From Vicugna vicugna (taxonomy: Eukaryota), in the NCBI GenBank assembly GCA_013265495.1, contig MU058205.1, positions 260,312-324,311 of the forward strand: 64,000 nt of DNA, in the 5' to 3' direction. Position 1 is the first letter of the stretch. Every line of letters starts with the position of its first letter. Below, piece after piece: positions 1 to 12,107 of this stretch. Position numbers and translations under genes: made by a program. The notes under the pieces are model-generated. The model ran no database searches, was not told where the DNA came from, and worked only from the letters and a program-made list of their open reading frames with translations.

Positions 1-115
1 GCTCAAAGTGTGGCCTGTGGATCACCCGCTTCAGACACCCTGGCCCAGAGGCAGACCACCTCTGTCTGACTCAGAAGAGAGATCTGCATTCTAATGGGCC
101 TCCCAAAAGCTCCCG
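1..115. mobile_element. Degraded hAT-Charlie MITE fragment (MER5-like), cut by the window edge
   Basis: CTCAAAGTGTGGCC start and ATCTGCATTCTAA resemble MER5 terminal and internal motifs; heavily diverged. Confidence 0.35.
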
Positions 116-906
116 CCATCAGCCTGGAGCCCCGCAGGTACCAGGAGTGGAGAGAGGAGGGGAGGAACCCACAAAAGAGACAGAAAAAATGTTGGCCTGT
201 TGTCCATGTTTCTCACCTGGGTCTCCCAGATGCACCTATGGGGTGCGGGGGGCCCTGTCTCACCACACCTCCCCCTCTGGCATTGCTGGGAACATGGCGT
301 GTGAAGCTGGGAGTCCTGCCTGCCTGGCAGACAATCCAAATATCCACAGTCTGCTCCCTTGCTAAGCTGGCCACTGGCCTCCACCAGCAAAGAGGGGCCT
401 TTGCCTGGCCGTGGCAGCTCCCCCACGAGTCAGGTTTCTAGAGAAAAAGCTAAACATGACCTGCTCACTTCTAGGATGGAGGGATCGTGGGGGACCAAGC
501 TTGTGCCCTCTTCCAGAGGTTTAATGAGCACAATCATTAAAGCCATTAGTCGGGGTCCTCATGTCCCCAGCTGACCTGGTATCCCCGTGGTTCTTTAATT
601 AAGCTCAAATGATGAGACCCCCAGGTGTCTCCACAGAGCGGCCACCAGATGAGCTAGTTTGCCCCTGGCCGTTACCCTGGGAGGACAACTGGTTCTCTGG
701 AAGATGGTCTAACGTGAGTCTGCCCCTTGGCTGAGCTAAGGAAGGCTCTCAGCTCCTCCCAATCCGGAGCACAGCGGTCTAGAGTGAGACGGGCGTTGCT
801 AGGAGAGAGAGCAGGGAGATGCCAAGGGAGGGACCGTCACTTCCCAGCCTGAGCAGAGCTCACCCCTCCCCCGCCTCCCGCCCCCACACAAGGGAACGTG
901 TGCTCG

Positions 907-956
907 CACACACACACTGGGACACACGCAGACAAACACAGACACACGTGCACACA
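907..956. repeat. Degenerate (CA)n low-complexity tract
   Basis: CACACACACTGGGACACACGCAGACAAACACAGACACACGTGCACACA. Confidence 0.7.
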
Positions 957-1887
957 AAGCTTCCGGAGGCCCGCGTGGCAGGCATCACCTTCTCAGGGGA
1001 CCTGAATTATTGTGCTATTGCTGCATTCAAGTCCGTCTAACTGCGTTCTGCTAGAATTGAGGTCATGGGTCTGGCTGCAAGCTATGTTCAGCTGCTATCT
1101 GCCTTTGTGTTACTTATGAGGAGAGAGTTAAAAAGGTAATTCACAGGATACATGAGATTAGAGCAATTTCCATTTACTGGGCTTAGACTCCCTGTTTCGC
1201 GCCATCGGTGTTGGCCGCAAATTACAAGTGAATTGATGTTTCATTTCACGCTCTGCCTGGTGCTTGCTTAGAAATGTTTGCTAAAGCTGAGTCCAGTTAC
1301 CTTCATGTGAATGGAACAGACTGTCATTTCTTAAGAAAAGAGCCTGCCTGTCAGACATGCCTAACACGGCGGACCACCCCGCCGTCTCCAGTTTGTCGTG
1401 CCTGGCCACTTCCCCAGGGTGGAAGCCCCTGCGCCTGGATTCTGCAGACCTGGCTCTAAAGAGGCCACTCTGTGGGGAGAGGTCCTGGGGAGGGCGGCCT
1501 GGAGCTGACCTGCACAGCTGAGAGATAGCAGAAGCAGGTGACCCCGTCGCCCAGCTGACAAGGAGGTGGCTGTGGGCTCTCTGCGCGGGGCTCAGCTCAG
1601 GGAGAGCCCCCTGTGCAGCCCCCTGACCTCAATGGGACAACAGCTGAGACCTCCTCACTTAAGCAGGACCAAAATAATTATACACTATAGACTAACTTAA
1701 AGGCCAGAAATGTGCCAGGCCCTCTAATAATATAGAGATGAATCTAGACTGTGACCAGTGGCGGAGAGACAGGTGGACTCACCACGTGGAGGCAGAGGCC
1801 TCAGAAGTAGCACAGGTGGTGTCCCAGCAGCGCGGAGGGCGCCCCCGGCAGCGCGGCGAGCAGGGAGCTTTCCCTCCAGGTGGGCGC

Positions 1888-2060
1888 CTCTTCCTGGAAA
1901 GGGCCAGGCAGTAAGCGTTTTAGGCTGTGTGGGCCACACCACTTTCGTCTTAGCTCTGACACCGTAGCAGAGGGCGGCACCCATGGGTGTGTGGCCATGA
2001 GCCAGAACAGCTTCATTCACGAGACAGGTGGTGGTGCAGCCAACCGGCCTGAGCTCGGGC
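1888..2060 (+). mobile_element. MER58A-like hAT-Charlie MITE, GC-shifted
   Basis: AAAGGGCCAGGCAGTAAGCGTTTTAGGCTGTGTGGGCCACA ... TTCATTCACGAGACAGGTGGTGG; similar to the in-window copies at 20789 and 61594. Confidence 0.7.
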
Positions 2061-2229
2061 GTGGAGCATCTGGATGTGGAGCATCTGGACATGGAGCTTG
2101 TGGACGTGGAGCGTCTGGAAGTGGAGCATCTGGACATGGAGCTTGTGGACGTGGAGCGTCTGGAAGTGGAGCATCTGTACATGGAGCATCTGGACGTGGA
2201 GCATCTGGACGTGGAGCGTCTGGATGTGG
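2061..2229. repeat. Minisatellite, 15-bp unit GTGGAGCATCTGGAC, 11 full copies plus 4 nt
   Basis: Directly counted tandem units; 2076-2120 and 2121-2165 are identical 45-bp blocks. Confidence 0.97.
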
Positions 2230-2770
2230 CTGCTTCTCTTTCCTGGACATTTTAAAGGTAAATTTTTATTGCTAGCCTTCTCTCTCTCTCTTTTTCTGAT
2301 GGTATTAATCTACTGAAATGATATAAAATAACAATTATGTTTTTCCTTTCTTAAAAAAGTTATGAAAGAATTATGTGGTAATTCTTTAGAGGTAAGCAAA
2401 AAGAAAAAAATCAAATCCCTGGGCTGCTCTGCACCTTGCCTCTTCCTTTGCTCTATTCACAAGTGCCCTTTGCCACCCACAGCCACGCACCAGGGGGTCT
2501 GTTCCGAGGGTGGGAGGGGAGTTAGAACCCGGCGACATCAGGGGCCGCTCACCAGCAGCTGGTCCTTGCGGATGGAGCCTCGCCGACGGGATGGGCTAGT
2601 GTGTGTCTCTCTGAGGGGGAGCTCCTAGGTGTCTCCTGAAGCCCAGTGTTGCCTGCCCCTGCAGGAGGGACATTTGAGTCGTGATGGCCTTGGGCCCTTC
2701 CCTGAATGTCAGGGATCCCTCCTGAGGCGAGGTGACCGGCAGGAGAGCTAGTCCCTCAAGTCACCCCACC

Positions 2771-3450
2771 TCATTCAGTCCGCAAATGTCTGTTAGGTGA
2801 CTCTGTGTGCCAGGCATCCTTCTAGGCACCAGGCCAACAAGACAGACCCGGGAGCGTTCATTCTCACAGGAACATTAATTATAAGCAAACAAATACCATA
2901 AACATGATTATTGAAATTTCGTATGGTGCTGGCTGCAAATAATAAACTGGGAAGTATTTGGTGGAGGGGTAAAGGTGGCCAGGAACCATCTCTGAGGAAG
3001 GGATAAAGACATGGGGAGAGAGGGTTCCAGGCAGAGCAAAGAGCAGATGGGAAAGTCCTGGGAGGGGCCAGGACTGTGGGCTCAAGACAGGAGGCGCCCT
3101 GAGTGCAGGTGGGACAAACGATTCCGCTGCAGAACCATGAGAGCCGGGTGGGCAGACCCTTTGCTCTGTGGAGAGGCACGGGTTTTGTGAGAGCCGTGGG
3201 AAGCCAGTGGAGGGTTGCAGGCGGGAAAACTGTGTAACCTGGCTTGCATTTTCTTGTTCTTTTTTTCCCTTAATGGAAGCACTGGGGATTGCACAGCAAG
3301 CATGTGCTCCACCACTGAGCTATAGCCCCACCCCCTGACATTTTCAAAATCAGGCTTCTGCTATTTTGGGGGAAGAGGCTGTAAGGGAAGAGAGGAGCAG
3401 GAGGGGCAGCTGCAGGGCAGGTGCTGATGGTGAGGGCTCCCAGCTCTGCA
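2771..3450 (-). mobile_element. LINE-2 3' fragment interrupted by a SINE
   Basis: CATTCAGT...TGTGCCAGGCATCCTTCTAGGCAC, GTTCCAGGCAGAG, GGGAAGCCAGTGGAGGGTT and GGCTTGCATTTT are typical antisense L2 motifs. Confidence 0.7.
3254..3336 (-). mobile_element. tRNA-Ala-derived camelid-type SINE (Vic-1-like), internally deleted
   Basis: CTCCACCACTGAGCTATAGCCCC is the reverse of the A-box head; CTGGGGATT B-box remnant; T-rich tail; CATTTTC on both flanks. Confidence 0.8.
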
Positions 3451-5077
3451 GCTCCTGGAGAGGGGAGCCACAGGACCCGCCAGCAGGTGGAGGGAGTGTG
3501 GCCCGCTGGGTGGAGAGCGAGGGATTGGGGGTTCTGGACGGATAAGCTGGAGGTGCCTGTCCGCATCCAAGGGGTTGAGTAAGCGGCTCAGGTGAGTCAG
3601 GAGCTCCAGCGAGAGGATTTTCTGACCAGTGTTGACTGGACACCCTTAGTGTTCCAGGCTCAGGCCGGCCCCGTTTGCCACCCTTGCCTGCGGTGATTGC
3701 CCGTGAGGGCCTGTGCCCTCCCAGCCTCCCTCCTAGGTGCAGCCCGACCCCAGGCCACCTGCTGACCTGAGATCCTCAGGCCAGAAGTGTCACCCTTGTT
3801 GCAGCCAAGGCTCCCAGCCTGGCCTGGTCAGTGCAGGCAGGAGTGAGGCATCCTCAGATAAGCAAGGGCAGGGAGGCCCCAGGGATCTCAACCCAGCAAT
3901 TAGGTCCCTGCATGGTCCTCATGGGCCTTGCTGTCCCTTTGGAAAGATGCCCTGGGCACCCCTGGGTGATCAGCAGTCACTCTACATACAGTCTTACCCC
4001 AATGCATCTGCTAAATAAGCACCAAATAAGCTGTTAGCGCTTTCTGTTTTCTCTGTGTGCATGTATATGCTTTTAATCAACTCGTAGCAGTTGCAAGGGC
4101 ACCTAATGAGAGTTATAAACTGTGGAATGGCCTCTGTGAGAACAGCTCTCAGCTCTGACCCAAGGCTGCCCGTGGGACATCCTCAGAGGGCCGCTCGGAG
4201 CCCGCTGCTTTGATGTAAGAGCTGGGCTGGGGGCGGAGCAGAAGTCCCGGGAAGGGGGCTGGTTGATGTCCTGTGCGCTTTAAACTCCGCCATAAGGGCC
4301 CAAGCTTCCCATAAAACAGGGAGGCAAAGGTGACGGTGACATGGGGGGGCCTGACTGATCAGGAGCCCCCCCATGGCACACTGGTGGGGGAGGTGGGCCC
4401 GGGGCTTCCTGTGTTTCGGCCCCTCTGCAAGACAGAAGGAAGTCAGAGGTGGCATGCCTGTCTGTCAGCTTCTTCCTCACAGGCAGGCTTGCCTTCTCCC
4501 CAAATTGGCTCAGACCCCGGGTTTATGGGCCACATGGCAGGAAGTCCGCAATTGCCATGCTGACAGCAACCAGGAGAGAGGCCGTTGTTTTCCAGATGCA
4601 CGTCCTGGACGGGCCTGACAACAGGTGGGGGAGGGGCCCCCCATGGAACCATGGCCACACACAGCCCTGGGACTCCCTGCTCTGTGAAGACATTATCTAG
4701 CATAGATCCAAACAACTCCAGAGCTGGAAAGGACTTTGGACCTCGTATTGTTCAGTGTCTTTGTTTTACTATGAAGAAGACCCAGGAGAGTGAGGCAACT
4801 TTCCCAGAATACTGACAAAGACAGGACTAGAACCAACTTTCTGATTCTTCAGTCCCAGGAAAAGGACTCAGAGAACTTTACTCCCCTCCTGTGAGGATTC
4901 CCAGGCCTCCTGCGCAGGACTTCCCAGACCTACTCAAGCCACAGCACTCAGAGGAAAGGACAGATCTGCGTGACCCCTGTGATAACGGAATGAGACTGCT
5001 TTGGGGAGCAGGCAGCCTGCTTGGGGATTCCTGCTGCCCCACCCCTGCCAGGCTTCAGCGCATCCCCGGGGAGTTCT

Positions 5078-5146
5078 GTGCATGCATGCGTGTGCCTGTG
5101 CTCGTGTGCGCGTGCGTGTCCCCGTGTGTGTGTTTATGTGTGTGTG
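5078..5146. repeat. Degenerate (TG)n tract
   Basis: GTGCATGCATGCGTGTGCCTGTGCTCGTGTGCGCGTGCGTGT...TGTGTGTG. Confidence 0.7.
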
Positions 5147-5579
5147 ACTACAGAGCCCTTGTTCTGCAGCTCCCCTGCCTCAGTCTCTGAGTGGTTTCCA
5201 AGAACCCTTTATTGATTAAGAAGTCTGAGGAGAACAAAATCCATTTGTCCCACCACAAAACTCTCCACATGTTCTTATTATAGAAATTAGGCCACATAGC
5301 TTTTCTTATGTGGAACGGAAGAAAACCACAAATAGATCAAATAATTTTCTTAGGTCATGCAGGATATTTTTGATGAGCTGGACCCACATCCCCAGACTTA
5401 GAACAAAGATAGCCAACACTATTAAACATCAGATCAAGTAGAAAGAAAATAGAAATTAAGGTTCAGGGTGTCCCTGTTGTATTTTATGAGCATGTGGCCA
5501 CTCATCAGACAAACTGCTGAGGCACTGGTTTCAAAATGTCCCACAAATAGGCCTGGAATTCACCTCGAAGGTTGACTTA

Positions 5580-5826
5580 GTGTACTCTGAGGAGTACTCA
5601 CCAAGAAGTGTTAAACAAATGAAAAACAAAGGAGTTGTGCAGGAAAATAAGTTTTAAAACCTTGGTAAACAAAATTAAGCAGCATTCTTAAGACAGGTAC
5701 TTTCAGGACCTTATGAGAGAGTACAAAAGATAGTTTCTGAATTTATTTGATCACAGAATATTCTTCACCAAAGATCTAGTTGGTCTTATGTTTTTTCAAA
5801 ATGCCTTTTGGAGAGAAAAATGTCTA
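5580..5826. mobile_element. Old hAT-Charlie MITE (MER103/MER112 type)
   Basis: AAATAAGTTT...GGTAAACAAAATTAAGCAG...ATTTATTTGATCACAGAA internal inverted arrangement. Confidence 0.45.
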
Positions 5827-5849
5827 GATATGGCTTTCTAGTGCAGCCT

Positions 5850-8800
5850 AATAATGGTACTCCTGCTTAATGATGGAAGAGGACTTACAGAACAGCATAG
5901 TGAGGACCTCCCCAAAACACTGGGAAAATGATCAAAATAATTTTTTCAGGCTCTGGAAATTAACCAAAGTCTTGCAATAATCCAAGGAGAATTTATTCCA
6001 GATAAACTGCTGAGCCCTGGGAAAAGCAACGGGGTTGTGGTATTTGAAGTCCCATCTTACCCTATCCAGTTTCATGGTAGCCTCAGTAACCAGCAGCTTG
6101 ATGACCCCAGTAGATGAGAAAACCACCAAAAGGAAACAGACTGGGTTTGCAACTCCTCATCATGTTTCATCCTGACAGCATTGTCATTATTTACTTGTCT
6201 GGCAGTTTCCTGGAAAAGCCCCATAAACGTGGCGTTGTTGATATTTGACCTGACTCAGAGCTCATTGTGAAAAAACACTCTGTCCCAGGGGATTTAACAA
6301 GAACTATCAGCAGCAACTGTTTATCACTGAGGCTGCCACACCAGCAGAGATAATCAAAAGTCTGGGCCAAAATGTAAAAGGAGTATTTGGCTAATGAGAT
6401 GCCCACCACACGGCTTTGAAAAGATCTGATATATTCCTGGGGATCAGGAAGACTGTGCACATGGCAGGGCTGTGCACATGCTCTGCAAAGACCCGAGAAA
6501 GTCTCAGTCTCTCAAGCCAGACTGACCCTGAGGCTGGGCACAAGCAGAAAGTAAGTAACAATCACAGAGGTGTAAACTGCTCAGATGGTAAAGAGATGCC
6601 CCAGCACACACAGAAAGCCCCTCGGCAAAAGGCAGAACTATTGGTTCAAGGCATTTAAGGAAATCTCTGGCCAATGCTTAGCTGACCACTAAGCTGACGG
6701 AGCAGGAACTTCAGCGGCTGCACATTGTAGGGAATACAGACTTTACAGAATTAGTCTAAGAAAGTCAGTAAACAAACAAACCAGTAACAAAACAAACCAA
6801 AACAACAAACTAACAACAGCAAAACCAGGTGTGTGTGTGTGTGTGTGTGTGGCTTATTTTGAAAGTTGCCACATTACATTAACAAAAATGGTTTTTTCAA
6901 CAACAAAAAAAATTGTGATACAGGGAAAGAAACAGAAATTCATGGCCCATACACTGGAAAATAAGCTTTGGGCAGGCCCAAATGTTGGCCTTGTTAGCAA
7001 AGAGTTTAATTCAGCTATTATAAATATGTTCAAGGAACTAAAGAAAATTATGACAGTGATGTCTTGCCAAATGGAGAATATCAATAAAGATATAAAAATT
7101 CCTAAAAAGAACCAAATACAAATTCTGGAGTTTAAAAGTACAAAAACTGAAATAAAAAATTCATTGAAATTGGAAATTTGAGTTATCAGAAGAAAGAATC
7201 AGCGAATTTGAAGATAAATCTAGATTAGCTGGTTTGAGGAACAGAAAGAAAAAAGAATGAAGAAAAAGAGACAGAACCTCAGAGACCCGTGGGACAGATA
7301 CATACATAGAGGGTGTCACAGAAGGGGAAGAGAAATAGAAAGGGGCAGAAAGAATATTTGAAGAAGTAATGACTAAGAGTTACCCAAATTTTATGGCAAA
7401 CACTAAACTATACATCCAAGAAGCTCAACAAACTCCCAATGGGATCAATTCAAGGACAGTCACACATAGATACATCATGGCCAAACTGTTGAAAGCCGAC
7501 AGCAAAGAGCATCTTGAAGGAAGCAAGAGAAAATGAGTCATCACATATGCAAAGGGACCTCAAGGAGATCAACAGCTGATTTCTCACTGAAAACCATGGA
7601 GGCCAGGTGGCGGTAGGGCAACATATTAAAAATGCTGAAAGAAAGTCAACTGAGAATTCCATATCCAGTAAATCTACCTTTCAAAAATAAAGAAAAAAAT
7701 GAAAACATTCCCAGGTAAACAAAAACTAAGAGAATATACCACTCACAGAACTGCCTTACAAGAAATTCTAATGGGAGTCCTGCAGGTTGGAATGGAAAGG
7801 CCCTGTGTTTAACCCATATGGAGAAATAAAGAGCACGGCTGAAGTTAATCATACACTTACAAAGACAGCAGAGATGCATTTGTACATCTCTTTTTTTCTC
7901 CTATCTGATTTAAAAACAGCTTCTGAAGCAATAGTTATAAAGACCTTATTGATGGATTTATAAATATATAAAGATATAATTCCTATGACAAGAAAAAACA
8001 ATAAAGGAGAGAGGACTGGTGATACATTGGAGCAAAGTTTCTGTCTACTAAGTAAGTGTCAATCCAAGCTAAATTGTACTAAATTAGGCTGCAATTGTAG
8101 TCCCCAGGACAGCCACTAAGAAAATAACTCAAAAACATACAGTAAAAGAATATACAAGGGAATTAAATTGATGCCTAGAAAGTATCTATTTAATGCAAAG
8201 GAAGTTAATGAAGTTAATTATGTAAGAGAAGAGGTGCAGCGACAGGAAACATATAGAAAACAAATGGCAAAACGGCAGATGTAAATGCTGACTTATTAGC
8301 AGTTACAGTAATGTAAATGGAATAAAAATTTTAATCAAAGGCCGAGATGAACAGAATGGAGTAAAAAATGATTCGACTATATGCTCTATACAACAGACAC
8401 ACTTTAAAAGTGAAGTGATGGGAAAGTGTATACCATGCAACAGTAATTAAAAGAGAGCTGAAGTAGCTCTACTAGTTTCAGATAAAATTGACTTCAAATA
8501 GTAACCAAGACAGCATGGTACTAGCATAAGGAAAATATATTGATCAGTACGAAAAGAACTGAGTGTCCAGAAAGAAACCCTTACATTTATGATTAACTGA
8601 ATTTCCACAAGGAGTCCAAGACCAGTGAATGACAAGAAGAAAAGACTTTTCAACAAACAGTGCTGGACAACTAGTTATCCACAAATAAAAGAAGAAAGTT
8701 GAACCCCTTAACACACATCCTACCTCAAAATTAACCCAAAATGGTCATGGACATAAACGTAAGAGCTAAATCATAAAACTCTTAGAAGAAAACATAAAAG

Positions 8801-9853
8801 TGAATCTTTGTGACCTAGGGTTAGGCAGTGGTTTCTTAGATATGACACCAAAAGCACAAGAAACGGAAGGGTTAATATTAAGATCATTTGTGCTGCAAGT
8901 GATACTCTCAAGGAAGGAAAAATAACCCACAGAATGGGGGAAATATTAGCAAATTAATCTGATAAGGGAATTGTATTCTAAATACATAAAGAATACTTAC
9001 AATGCAACAATAAAAGTAACCCAGTTAGAACTGGGCAAGAGATTTGAGTAGATATTTCTCCAAAGAAGATGTACAAACGGCCAATAAGCACATGAAAACA
9101 TGTTCAACATCATTAACCACCAAGGAAATGCAAATCAAAATCTCAACGAGATACCACTGCCCACCCACTAGAGTGGCTACAGCCAAAAGCAGACAATAAC
9201 AAGTGGTGACAATGATGTGGAGAAATTGGAACTCTGATATGACGTTGGTGGCACGTAAAATGAGGCAGCAACTTTGGAAAACACTTCGGCAGATCCTCAA
9301 AAAATGAAACCACACAATCCAGCTTTCTACTTCTGGGTATGTATGCAAGAGATATAAAAACATTTGTCCGCACAAAACCTGTACATGAACATTCACAGCA
9401 GTATTATTCATCCTAGCCAAAAAGGAAAAACAACCCAAATGTCTATCAGCTGATAAACAGATAAACAAAATGTGGTGTATCCATCCAATAGAACACGTTG
9501 CTCCTCAATAAAAAGGAATGAAGTATTGAGTGTGAACGAACCTTGAAAACATCATGCTACGTAAATGAAGCCAGACACAAAGAACCACTTTATGTCCAGT
9601 TATGAGAAGAGCCCCAAACAGGCAAAGCTAGAGCGACAGAAATAGATTACATTACCTGGGCTGAGATGGGGGGTGGGGGATGGGTGAGGGGGGCGTGGGG
9701 TCTCTTTCCGGGGTGATGAAAGCGTTTTAAAATTAGGTCCTGCTGTTGGTTGCCTTACTTCTGTGACTAAAACAATGCACCCTGGATTGTACTTTTTTTA
9801 ATGGTTAGATTTTACAGTACATGAATGGGCTCTCAATAAATCTATTTTAAAAA
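5850..9853 (+). mobile_element. Old LINE-1 (L1MB-like): 5' UTR, degenerate ORF1, ORF2 with large internal deletion, 3' UTR
   Basis: ORF1 motifs (FNSAIINMFKELK, EERISEFEDK-like DNA); EN start near 8290; late ORF2 GTAACCAAGACAGCATGGTAC; CAAATCAAAA...CCAC zinc-knuckle region; G-rich 3' UTR and CTCAATAAA end; many stops and frameshifts. Confidence 0.92.
6829..6851. repeat. (GT)11 microsatellite within the L1
   Basis: Perfect GT run. Confidence 0.95.
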
Positions 9854-10576
9854 GTAATTGGGAGAGTTCAAACTAACCCAGATTTTCCTTCTGCCACGTG
9901 CACTGTATCCTCCTGTGGGAGAAGGAGACCTATTTACCTTTTCATCACATACTCTGAAATCATACTGCACTTGCTGCCAGAGAACTGAGTAGACAGTGGT
10001 CCTGGAGTCCCCGGGGAGGATCCGCAGACAAAAGTCACACCTTTTCCCGGGTGGCCCTTACACTGGCATTTTACTGTTTTCTTCCTTTCTAGCAATCCAG
10101 AGCACTCTCTCTTTTTATTTGTATTTCAAGCACATCATAACTCTATTAATTCTCACTAAGTATTTCCAAGTGTGAGTCCCGCTGGGCTTGCTTTAATGAA
10201 AAGAATTGATTCAGTTATAATTAGCAGCATTCATTTGAAATAAATATTTCTCTCCCATCCTTTCAAACCTGACTGAAATGAGACTTCCAGAAAAACGTCT
10301 GTTTTAATACCCTCCTGAGTAGGCAATCATAATTGTCATCATTTCATTAATCCTCATACCAGCAATGTTCATGTGCACCCTGTATTCAGTGTTAACTTGT
10401 ATTTACAGACAGGGTTCAAATCCCACATGCACACACACATAAATCAGTAACAAGAAATTGTTACTGTGTCCTAGTGAATGGATGTCATACTGCCATTTTG
10501 TTTATTTTAATGCAGCAAAATTCTGTGCTCCAAACCTTTGATATAATAAGATTGCTTTGTTTTCCACAGTTACTAA

Positions 10577-10675
10577 TATTTTTTTTTTCTTTTTTTCAGT
10601 AGAGGTACTGGGGATTGAACCCAAGACCTCACACATGCTAAGCAGGCACTCCACTACTGAGCTATACCCTCCCCC
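10577..10675 (-). mobile_element. tRNA-Ala-derived camelid-type SINE
   Basis: Reverse strand reads GGGGGAGGGTATAGCTCAGTAGTGGAGTGCCTGCTTAGCATGTGTGAGGTCTTGGGTTCAATCCCCAG plus poly-A; degenerate 21-bp TSD at 10556-10576 and 10676-10696. Confidence 0.92.
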
Positions 10676-10800
10676 TCTGTTTTCCATACTTATTAACTGT
10701 AAAGAAAAAATAAAATCTAATACATTGACACGAATCTTATTTCCCAGTCTTATTAATCCTTTATGTGTGCTAACTTACTGCTTGAGGAATGAAAGGGCGC

Positions 10801-11355
10801 TGTGGAGTTTCTGAAACATAGCTGTTAAATTGTTGATGCTCTTTCCGTCGACAGGTAGGGGGTCTATGCCCTTCCTGAATGCGGGTGGGCCTGTGACGCT
10901 TTGCTTCATTGACTGTGGTGGAGATGCTGTGGCATTTCCAAGGCCAGGTCCTAAAAGGCCAGGTGGCTTCCACCTTGTTCTCTGGGACCCTCCCCCTTGG
11001 TGCTCTGAGCTGCATACAAGAATCACGACTTTCTTGAGGCTGTTGTGCCGTGAGGACCCCGAATCTCACAGAGAGACCACACGGACATGCTCTGATCAAC
11101 AGGCCCAGCCCAGCTCAGCCTCCGAGCCACCCTAGGCTGAGCGCGGCCCTGCTGGCTGCCAGAGGGCTCCGGCCCCGGGCCGTCTGAGTCCTCTCGGCTG
11201 AGGCCCAGAGAAGAGGAATCGGAGACAAGCCAGCTCTGCTCTGGCCTGTCCAAATTCCCAAACCACAAAATTCATGGGAGATAATAAAAATGATTAGAGC
11301 ACATTGGGCCACTGAGTTGTAGGGTGTTTTGCTCTGCAGCGAGAGACAACTGAGG
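10801..11355 (+). mobile_element. MaLR solo LTR (MLT1F/G-like)
   Basis: TGTGG start, GGGGTCTATGCCCTTCCTGAAT, CCAGGTCCTAAAAGGCCAGGTGGCTTCCAC, AATAAAA signal, and CCACTGAGTTGTAGGGTGTTTTG near the end. Confidence 0.8.
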
Positions 11356-11814
11356 GGACTTAGAAAAGACCTGTGCTGTTGGCCGACGCTGCTGCCAAGA
11401 GGGTAAATGGGTTAGTAATTCTCCTCTAGTCCCAGTAAGGCCCATTTGAAAAGCTACCTTCATTAATGGAATTTGGGTCCATGTGCCACAAGGAACGAAT
11501 CTGGGTTCCTCCTAAAATGTTTTGCAATTGGATATGACTTCTAATTTGCTAAGCGTTCTTTATTTACGGACATCTGTCCAATTTTTCCAACTGGATTTTA
11601 AGTGCCTGTTTCCTTTGTTCCCTAACCTTCTTGCATCAAATTAAACAGAACCCAGCATTTCACGGGGGCTTGATAAGTCCCCCACCTGAATGACCTCACT
11701 TCCTTCTGGACCCCCTCGGGGCAACTGGCCCTAAGACTTTGGATGGCTGGGTGGGCGTCAATGCCTGCTGCTTTTAATTTGGAGGATGGGAGGGTATCGG
11801 GAAACGGGAGTGGA

Positions 11815-12032
11815 GAAAGCACAGGCTGGCAATCAGGAGACTTAGGGTTAAATCAGGCTTCTGGCTTGAGCTCTTCTGGGATCTCTCGTCAAGTACCAAC
11901 TTCTTGGAGCCTCTGAGAAGCAGGGATAATAATTCATCCCAGGGTTGTTCTGAAGTTCAAATGAAGTGATACAGGTAAGAAGACTTTTCAAATTGAAATC
12001 ACTTTGCAAATAAAAGTAGAGCAGTATTATTA
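11815..12032 (+). mobile_element. MIR SINE
   Basis: AATCAGGAGACTTAGGGTT...GGAGCCTC...GGGATAATAA...CAGGGTTGTTCTGAAGTTCAAATGAAG core. Confidence 0.7.
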
Positions 12033-12107
12033 TCTGCTGTATGCATTTGCATAAATTACATCTTCTCTAGGCCTCCGTGAAATGGGGTTAATAATAGTTA
12101 TTACTCC

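Noticed and set aside
2061..2229. Regular repeat array as a CRISPR array or repeat-protein gene
   Set aside because: Units are head-to-tail with no unique spacers, there are no cas genes, and the DNA is mammalian; the overlapping ORFs arise because the 15-bp unit is stop-poor
3589..3600. Perfect splice donor CAG|GTGAGT overlapping an AP-1 site TGAGTCA
   Set aside because: No matching upstream acceptor or promoter; isolated matches are expected by chance
6831..7850. Domesticated L1 ORF1-like gene
   Set aside because: Fragmented by stops; the 116-aa ORF starts in a GT microsatellite
9025..9468. Hydrophobic 147-aa minus-strand ORF (also 52236-52634)
   Set aside because: Antisense reading of the L1 ORF2 3' region, a common artefact
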